43,668 nt of DNA from positions 1-43,668 of the forward strand of contig JBBDYA010000020.1 of NCBI GenBank assembly GCA_040902005.1, given 5' to 3'. Positions 37,350 through 43,668 of this stretch are shown piece by piece (positions within the stretch are counted from its first letter, which is position 1; every line of letters starts with the position of its first letter). Source of the DNA: Gemmatimonadaceae bacterium (lineage in GTDB: Bacteria; Gemmatimonadota; Gemmatimonadetes; Gemmatimonadales; Gemmatimonadaceae). A program made the position numbers and the translations under genes. A model generated the notes under the pieces. That model did not search any database and was not told where the DNA came from. It was given only the letters and a program-made list of their open reading frames with translations.

Positions 37350-38575
37350 GCGTCTCCCTCGAACGTCACGGCGCCGTCCGACGCGATCTTCCACACGCGA
37401 ATGAAGTTGAAGTGATAGTCGGTGCCGGGTCCTCGCGTGGCGCGGAATGCCGCGCGCGTCGGCTGGATGGCGCCCGTCTCGTCCACGGCGCGGCTCATGA
37501 TCGTCGTCGCGCGCCCGTTCCACTCCCACGCATGGCGGAACCGCGTGTGCGCGCGCGACAGCACCGGCTCCTGGAGCCGAGCCATCGTCCACCGGCGGCC
37601 GCCGTCGGTGCTCACGTCCACCCGGGCGATCCGTCCGCGCCCGCTCCACGCGATGCCCGAGATCTCCATCCACCCCCGCTCCACGCGGGCGATGGCCGCG
37701 GGGCTGGTGATGATCGATTTCGCGTCCATCAGAAAGCTGAACTGCCGAGCCGTGCCGTTGGGCAGCGGATCCGTGTACTTGGACGTCTCATCCTTTGACA
37801 TGTTCGGCTGGTCCACCAGCTCCAGCCGGCGCAGCCACTTCACGCACGTGTTGCCTTCATAGCCGGGCAGAAAGAGCCGGGCGGGATAGCCGTTCGCCGG
37901 CCGCAACGGCTCGCCGTTGAACGCGTAGGCGATCATCGCGTCGTCCATCGCCTTCTCCAGGGGAATGCTGCGCGACAGTTTGTTCGAGTCACCCCCCTCG
38001 GCCAGCACCCATCGCGCCGTGGAGCGCGCGTCCACCTCGCGCAGCAGCACGCTCAGCGGCACCCCCGTCCACTCGCCATTGCTCGTGAGTCCGTCCACGT
38101 TCTGCGGCGTCATTCCCGGCGCGGGGGCGCGGTACGCGGCGCGCCCGTTGCCGCTGCATTCGAGAAAGTGCACGCGCGACACGGACGGCAGGCGACGCAG
38201 GTCGTCGAGCGTGAACGTCATCGCGCGCGCGGCCATGCCATGGATGACGAGCTTGTACCGCGAGGGATCGATTGCGGGAATCCCCGAGTGATGCCGCTCG
38301 AACACCAGGTCGCCCGGCGTGATCGTGCCCGTGAGCGACTGGAGCGGCGTGAGCGACGATCCGCTGAGTACGCCGGTGGGTGATCGCGCGGGATTCTCAA
38401 AGGCGGAGCGCGCGCCCACCGCGGTGGTGCCCGTTCCCGGCGCGCGACTCGGGTCCCCGGCCCCCGGCGATTCCTGCGCCTCGGCGGACACCACCTGCTT
38501 GAGCAGCGCGCCGCCCGCGGCCGCGGCCGCGCCCGCGATCATCGCGCGTCTCGACAGCAGCTCGTTTTTCTTCAT
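37346..38575 (-). CDS. soxC: SoxC-like molybdopterin sulfite/sulfane dehydrogenase, Tat-exported
   Basis: SRRAMI Tat motif; FERHH.G.P, FLECSGN (Mo-ligating Cys), EWTGV, NGEPL...GYPARL..PG.EG..CVKWL, DETSKYTD, GIAWSG.G. Confidence 0.88.
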   Translation of the reverse strand: MKKNELLSRRAMIAGAAAAAGGALLKQVVSAEAQESPGAGDPSRAPGTGTTAVGARSAFENPARSPTGVLSGSSLTPLQSLTGTITPGDLVFERHHSGIPAIDPSRYKLVIHGMAARAMTFTLDDLRRLPSVSRVHFLECSGNGRAAYRAPAPGMTPQNVDGLTSNGEWTGVPLSVLLREVDARSTARWVLAEGGDSNKLSRSIPLEKAMDDAMIAYAFNGEPLRPANGYPARLFLPGYEGNTCVKWLRRLELVDQPNMSKDETSKYTDPLPNGTARQFSFLMDAKSIITSPAAIARVERGWMEISGIAWSGRGRIARVDVSTDGGRRWTMARLQEPVLSRAHTRFRHAWEWNGRATTIMSRAVDETGAIQPTRAAFRATRGPGTDYHFNFIRVWKIASDGAVTFEGDA

Positions 38576-39534
38576 CGCGTGGGGCGGCGCACCGACGCCG
38601 GCGGCGGCACCAGCGCGCCACCGGGATTGGCACGCCGCAGGAGGGGCGGGGGCTGGTGCGCATCGCGCCCCGCGGTGGCATACGGCGCGTCGGCCGGCGC
38701 GCCGCCAAATGGCCAGTCGCGCTCCTTGCCTGGCGAATCCGGGCGGGGGCGACTCGTCATGTACGCGGCAACGTCATGCGCTTCCTGCTGCGTCAGCGTG
38801 CGCCCCAGACCCCACGGCATGTTGTGCCAGATGAAGTCGGCCGCCTTGCCCGGCCGCGCCATGGAGGCGCCAATGCTGAACGACTTGGGTCCCCACAGCG
38901 CCGGAATCGCCGGCGAGATGGACGCGTTGCCCTCGCCATCCGCGCCATGACACGACTGGCACTTGGCGACGTACACCGCCGCGCCGGCTGCCGTGTCCAC
39001 ATGCGTCGCCTTCTCGATGCGCGGTATGCCGGTGGCACCCGGCAGCGTGGTTCCCATGCCATGCGGCACGCCGCGCGAGAGCCACGCGAGAAACGTCAGG
39101 ATGTCCTGCATCTCGCGCGAATCCGTGGGCAGGCGGGTGCCGGCCAGACTGCGCGTGATACAGTAGTTCACGCGATCCGCCAACCCCACCACGGCGCCGG
39201 TGCGGGTCATGTACTGGGGATAGCGCGCGTACGACCCGGTGAGCGGAGCGGCGTCCACGGCCTGGCCGGAGTTAAGATGACAGTTGGCGCAGGTAATTCG
39301 ACCTGACGCGTACGCGGGAAGGCTGTCCGGCGAATGCAGGAAGATCGCGAGCCCGCGGCGGATGGACGCGCCCATCGAGTCGTTGGGAATCTCCGACTCC
39401 GTCGGTGCGCGCCACGCGGCAGGATCGAATCCGGCCGACGCGGCCGCGCCAGACTGCACCGCCGTGCGCGCGTCGCCGCAGGCCACGGCCGCCGCGGCCG
39501 CCGCGGCGGCGAGTATGAGCAGGGTTCGATTCAT
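38572..39534 (-). CDS. tsdA: Diheme cytochrome c, TsdA-like thiosulfate dehydrogenase / tetrathionate reductase, lipoprotein
   Basis: CANCH and CQSCH; RVNYCITRS (catalytic Cys region); PALWG..SF..GA.M.R; NMP distal Met; AVAC lipobox; revised start ATG 39534. Confidence 0.75.
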   Translation of the reverse strand: MNRTLLILAAAAAAAAVACGDARTAVQSGAAASAGFDPAAWRAPTESEIPNDSMGASIRRGLAIFLHSPDSLPAYASGRITCANCHLNSGQAVDAAPLTGSYARYPQYMTRTGAVVGLADRVNYCITRSLAGTRLPTDSREMQDILTFLAWLSRGVPHGMGTTLPGATGIPRIEKATHVDTAAGAAVYVAKCQSCHGADGEGNASISPAIPALWGPKSFSIGASMARPGKAADFIWHNMPWGLGRTLTQQEAHDVAAYMTSRPRPDSPGKERDWPFGGAPADAPYATAGRDAHQPPPLLRRANPGGALVPPPASVRRPTR

Positions 39535-39581
39535 CACCGAATATGCCCACGCGGGGGCTCGCGCCGTCAAGCCCCGCGCGC

Positions 39582-41921
39582 TCAGAGCGGCAGTCGCCGA
39601 TACAGGATCGAGTGATCCCCATGCAGCGACGCCAGGACGCCCGGCGGGCGCGGCGGGATCGTCACCCCGTCGAGCGCGGGAAGGCCGGCCGTTCGCGCCA
39701 TCAGGTTGAGCGCGACGCCTTCGTCACGCCGGGCAAGCGTGAGCTCCAGCACGAAGCCCGCGCCCGCCGGCCCGATGTAGTCCAGCCACCAGCGGCCGCC
39801 GGACGACCGGTAGCGCGACCGGTCGATCGTGACGCCGTCCACGGACGCCGCGAGCACGGTGCCCGCCCCCCCCTCCACGTTCATCAAGACGCTCAACACT
39901 CCCGGCGGCGGTGTGACCTGAATTGCCACGGTGCGCACGCTGTCGGCCGCCGTGTCGCGCACGATGGTCACGGGCAAAACCGGAAGCGCCGGCACCGCAC
40001 GCATCGGCGCGCGCGCCACGCCGCTGGCCCTGTAGCTGGCGGGCATCCACGCGGGCGGGGAGGGGGATGCTGCGCCCGAAATGTGTCCCGGCACCGTAGC
40101 GAGCGCCGCCCGCACGTAGTCGCGCCCCATCGCGCTTCCCGCCACACCGGTCAGCCACGCCGTTCCGGAATCCCCGTCCACCGCGTACACCAGCGAAGCG
40201 CGCGTGGGGTTCCCCGCGTCGAACCGCTCCGTCGCCGCGCCAACGCCCGCGAGAAACGCCGCGAGTTCAATCGCCGTGAGTGGCCCGATCCACCAGCCGC
40301 CCCCCCCCCTCAGCTGCTCCAGCTGTGGTACGATCAACCAGGCACCCAGCGCCGCGAAGACTCCAATCACCACCGCGCCCACCGCGCCAAGGCCGAGCGC
40401 GACGCCCGCCATGAGGTACACCGTGGGCACGATCATGACGATCGCGACGGTCGCGGCGATCCAGGAATCGAGCACGGCGATCCAGCGGGCCGTCACGAGC
40501 GACGCCACCACCGCGGCCGACGCGGCGAACAGGAGCGGCCAGGTGAAGATGAAGCTCACGCCGGGCGCCAGCACCGCCACGAGCAGGGAGAGCATTCCCC
40601 ACACGAATAGCGCGCCCACGCGCGCGCCCTCCATGCCCGCCGAGCGCCGGACCAGCGCGTAGGCCGCCATGGCGATCCCGAACGCCAGGAACGCCGCGGC
40701 CGCGATATACACGCCGTTCCACGTGGGTGACCCGCTACCGATCGCGAGGTGCCAGCGGCGGAGGAGCTCCACCATCCCGGCGGCCGCGCCCGCGGCCACC
40801 AGCATCGCGCCCAACGTGCCGACCGCACCCAGCAGCACGTCGCGCAACCAGCGCCCCCCGCCCCCTCCCGCGGCATCGCGCCGGCGCAGCCGAACCAGCG
40901 CCACGATCACCAGCGCGAACGCCAGCACCGCGAGCGGCGCGGCCCAGGACATCGGATAGACCGCGATCCCCGCGAGCGGCACGTCGAAGAACACGGCGTC
41001 TCGCGTGATGGGGCGCGGCAGCACGTTGCTGCCGAACGCCCGCGCGAGCGCCAGCGCCTGGTTGCCGTGGTGCTGCACGCTGCGCGGATCGAGATGCGCC
41101 ACGTCGTCCTCGCTGGTGTGGTATCGCGACACGCCGCCGATGAACGCGAAGTTCATCGCCGGCTTTCCCAGCAGCGCCAGCTCGGAGAGGTCCGTGTCGT
41201 TCGGCAGTTGCCGGTACACCGTGGTGCTCAGCGACGTGGCGCGCGCGCCGCCCACGCGGCCCAGCACGCGCACCACGTCCAGGTTGCCCGCGCCGGTCTC
41301 GAACATCAGCGACGGACCGTGCGTGCCCCGCGCCTCGAAGTTGAGCAGCACACCGACGTCTGCCGCCCATGGATGCTCGCGCGCGAACGCCGCCGCGCCG
41401 AGCAATCCCGTTTCTTCGGCGTCGGTGAAGAGCGCGATGACGTCATTCGTCAGCGCCGGCCCCGCGCGCAGCGCGCGCAGCGTTTCCAGCAGTACCGCCG
41501 ACCCGGACGCCGCGTCGCCCGCGGCCGGCCCCGCAGCCACCCCGTCGTAGTGCGACACGAGCATCACCGCCGGCCCTCCTGGCTGTGAACCGGGCAGGCG
41601 CGCCAGGACGTTTCGCACGCGCCCCACGGCCGCGTACCGCGTTCCCACGCCCATGGTCTCCTGGATCACGGGCTCGATGCCAAGCTTCGCGATCTCCGAC
41701 ATGACGTACGCGCGCACGCGCGCGTGGTCGCCACTGCCGGCCGGATGCGGACGCTGCGCGATCTCCTCAACGTGCGCCATGGCCCGCGCCGCGGAGAACA
41801 CATCGGCGGCAGCGGACGCCGGCACCACGTCGGGTACGGCAACCGCGTAGCGGTAGGCGGCGAAGCACAGCGCGAACAGCCCCGCGGCGGTAGCGATCCT
41901 GAAAACCAGCGGACGGTGCAT
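39582..41921 (-). CDS. M28 family peptidase with multi-TM C-terminal region
   Basis: SHYD, GAAGD-like GPAAGDAASG, TDAEETGLLGA, NFEARG, YHT..DD; several TM helices follow. Confidence 0.9.
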   Translation of the reverse strand: MHRPLVFRIATAAGLFALCFAAYRYAVAVPDVVPASAAADVFSAARAMAHVEEIAQRPHPAGSGDHARVRAYVMSEIAKLGIEPVIQETMGVGTRYAAVGRVRNVLARLPGSQPGGPAVMLVSHYDGVAAGPAAGDAASGSAVLLETLRALRAGPALTNDVIALFTDAEETGLLGAAAFAREHPWAADVGVLLNFEARGTHGPSLMFETGAGNLDVVRVLGRVGGARATSLSTTVYRQLPNDTDLSELALLGKPAMNFAFIGGVSRYHTSEDDVAHLDPRSVQHHGNQALALARAFGSNVLPRPITRDAVFFDVPLAGIAVYPMSWAAPLAVLAFALVIVALVRLRRRDAAGGGGGRWLRDVLLGAVGTLGAMLVAAGAAAGMVELLRRWHLAIGSGSPTWNGVYIAAAAFLAFGIAMAAYALVRRSAGMEGARVGALFVWGMLSLLVAVLAPGVSFIFTWPLLFAASAAVVASLVTARWIAVLDSWIAATVAIVMIVPTVYLMAGVALGLGAVGAVVIGVFAALGAWLIVPQLEQLRGGGGWWIGPLTAIELAAFLAGVGAATERFDAGNPTRASLVYAVDGDSGTAWLTGVAGSAMGRDYVRAALATVPGHISGAASPSPPAWMPASYRASGVARAPMRAVPALPVLPVTIVRDTAADSVRTVAIQVTPPPGVLSVLMNVEGGAGTVLAASVDGVTIDRSRYRSSGGRWWLDYIGPAGAGFVLELTLARRDEGVALNLMARTAGLPALDGVTIPPRPPGVLASLHGDHSILYRRLPL

Positions 41922-41994
41922 GGGGAGAGTCTACCGCGCGCGGCGTGCGTTGTCACAACTGGCGCGGTGGTCGCCCGCGCCCGATCATTGACGC

Positions 41995-43596
41995 ATGCGC
42001 CTGCTCATCGCCTGCCTCATCCTCGCGTCCGCCCCCCCCCTAATGCTCGCCCAGCAGCGCGATCTCGCCGCCGCGGCGGACACCGTCTTCACCCGCTGGA
42101 ACTCCACGCATGCCCCTGGCTGCGCGGTTGGCGTCGCGCGCGATGGCCGCACGCTGCTCGCGCGCGGCTACGGCATGGCGGATCTGGAGAGCGGCGCGCC
42201 GATCACCGCCGGCACCATCTTCGAGTCCGGCTCCGTGGCCAAGCAATTCACGGCCGCGGCGGTGGTGCTCCTCGCGCTGGACGGCAAGCTCTCCCTCGAT
42301 GATCGGGTCACGAAGTACATCCCGGAGATGCCGGAGTACGACCGGCCGATCACCATCCGGCACCTGCTCACGCACACCAGCGGGCTGCGCGAGTGGAGCA
42401 ACTTGGTCGCCCACACGGGCTGGCCGCGCGGCAGCCGCGCGCATTCGCAAGATGACCTGCTCGACGTGGTCTTCCGGCAGAAGTCGCTGAACTATCCGGT
42501 GGGCGACCACTACTCATACACGAACTCGGGCTACGCGATCGCGATGTCGCTGGTGGAGCGCGTGAGCGGCCAGCCGTTTCGCGAGTTTTCGCGCGCGCGC
42601 ATCTTTGCGCCGCTCGGCATGACCAGCACGCAATGGCGCGACGACTTCACGCGCCTGGTGCCCGGGCGCGCGCAAGCGTACACCATGCGCGACGGGCAGT
42701 GGCACCTGGCCATGCCGTTCGAGAGCGTGGTGGGGCCCGGCGGCCTGCTCACCACGGTGGGCGACTGGCTTGTGTGGAACGACGCGCTCGCGCGGGGAAC
42801 GCTCCATCCCGCGCTCGCGGACTCCCTCACGCGTCGCATGCGCCTGACCGGCGGTCGCGAGATCACGTATGCGCTCGGGGTGTCGGTGTCCGACTACCGG
42901 GGCGTGCCCGAGATTTCGCACAGCGGATCCACCGCCGGCTACTCGACCTTTCTCGCGCGCTATCCCACGCGGGACAATCTCTCCATCGCGGTGCTGTGCA
43001 ACTCCACCGCCGGCGCCGCGGGTGCGTACACCCGACAGCTGGCGGATCGTCTCATCACGAACTTTCCCGCGCCGCCGGCCCTCGACACCACGCGGGCGGA
43101 TGTCAGCGCGCTGGCGTCGTTCGCCGGCATCTATCGCAGCGCCCGCACGGGCGCGCCGCTCGCGGTAACGCCGGACCTGTTCCCGCGCTTCCGCGCCCTG
43201 CCGAATGGTGCCTACCGGTTGCCGAACGGCACGGAATGGCATTTCTCGCGCGTCGGATCAACGCCGCGCCTTGCGGTCGTCCAGCCGGATGGCGATACGG
43301 TGCGATACGCGTACGCGCTGGACAAACCCTGGCAGCCCGGCCGGGAGACGCTGCGCGATTTCGAGGGCCAGTACCGGAACGACGAGGTGGGGGTGACGTA
43401 CACGCTGCGTCTCGTCGGCGATTCGCTGCGCGCGTTCAACCGCCCGGGCCAGTCGGCCGCGCTCCGCCCCACCTACACGGACGGATTCCTGCGCGGGGGC
43501 TCCGCCGTGTGGTTCGAGCGCGACCGTCGCGGGCGCGTCACCACGATGCACATCGGTGAAGCCCGACTCTGGGATCTCGTGCTTCGCCGGCTCTAG
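41995..43596 (+). CDS. Serine hydrolase, beta-lactamase class C / D-aminopeptidase-like family
   Basis: FESGSVAKQF (SxxK), LLTHTSG, YSYTNSGY (YxN), HSG triad; signal peptide. Confidence 0.9.
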   Translation: MRLLIACLILASAPPLMLAQQRDLAAAADTVFTRWNSTHAPGCAVGVARDGRTLLARGYGMADLESGAPITAGTIFESGSVAKQFTAAAVVLLALDGKLSLDDRVTKYIPEMPEYDRPITIRHLLTHTSGLREWSNLVAHTGWPRGSRAHSQDDLLDVVFRQKSLNYPVGDHYSYTNSGYAIAMSLVERVSGQPFREFSRARIFAPLGMTSTQWRDDFTRLVPGRAQAYTMRDGQWHLAMPFESVVGPGGLLTTVGDWLVWNDALARGTLHPALADSLTRRMRLTGGREITYALGVSVSDYRGVPEISHSGSTAGYSTFLARYPTRDNLSIAVLCNSTAGAAGAYTRQLADRLITNFPAPPALDTTRADVSALASFAGIYRSARTGAPLAVTPDLFPRFRALPNGAYRLPNGTEWHFSRVGSTPRLAVVQPDGDTVRYAYALDKPWQPGRETLRDFEGQYRNDEVGVTYTLRLVGDSLRAFNRPGQSAALRPTYTDGFLRGGSAVWFERDRRGRVTTMHIGEARLWDLVLRRL

Positions 43597-43668
43597 GGAA
43601 GCTCTGAAAAACGAAGGGGCCGGGGCGAGGTGTTCCGGCCGGCGCGAGCCAGTACCAATACTTGGACG
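43593..43668. mobile_element. Possible end of an IS5-family element or derived MITE, truncated by the window edge
   Basis: CTAG (43593-43596) directly followed by GGAAGCTCTGAAAAAC, which resembles IS5-group terminal repeats; the partner end is not in the window. Confidence 0.4.

Noticed and set aside
37350..37673. N-terminal extension of the SoxD-like cytochrome
   Set aside because: It overlaps soxC in another frame; the signal peptide begins at GTG 37349.

Overview
High-GC bacterial chromosomal segment with about 34 tightly packed protein-coding genes. I recognised no rRNA, tRNA, CRISPR array or transposase. The gene mix (PadR plus duplicated ABC-type permease, DUF5715-like protein, Hanks kinase, many lipoproteins and secreted peptidases) suggests Gemmatimonadota or a similar lineage; this is inference. 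Most genes encode exported hydrolases: M1, S8, M19 and M28 peptidases, two serine beta-lactamase-fold proteins, an amidohydrolase, a GH6 glucanase and a PLD-like protein. Main points of interest: (i) a coupled tsdA-like / soxC-like / soxD-like sulfur-redox operon with no soxABXYZ in the window; (ii) a coupled Cys-cluster BNR propeller / TlpA / CcdA operon; (iii) 9-nt-period ACGCGGA/TCCGCG repeats lying in frame at three places in the pepN gene, next to a REP-like cluster; (iv) a 969-aa PLD-like protein with a split second HKD motif; (v) recurrent -10 boxes 5-6 nt before ATG, suggesting leaderless mRNAs; (vi) an IS5-like terminal repeat after a CTAG site at the window end. All calls come from motif recognition by eye; no database search was run.
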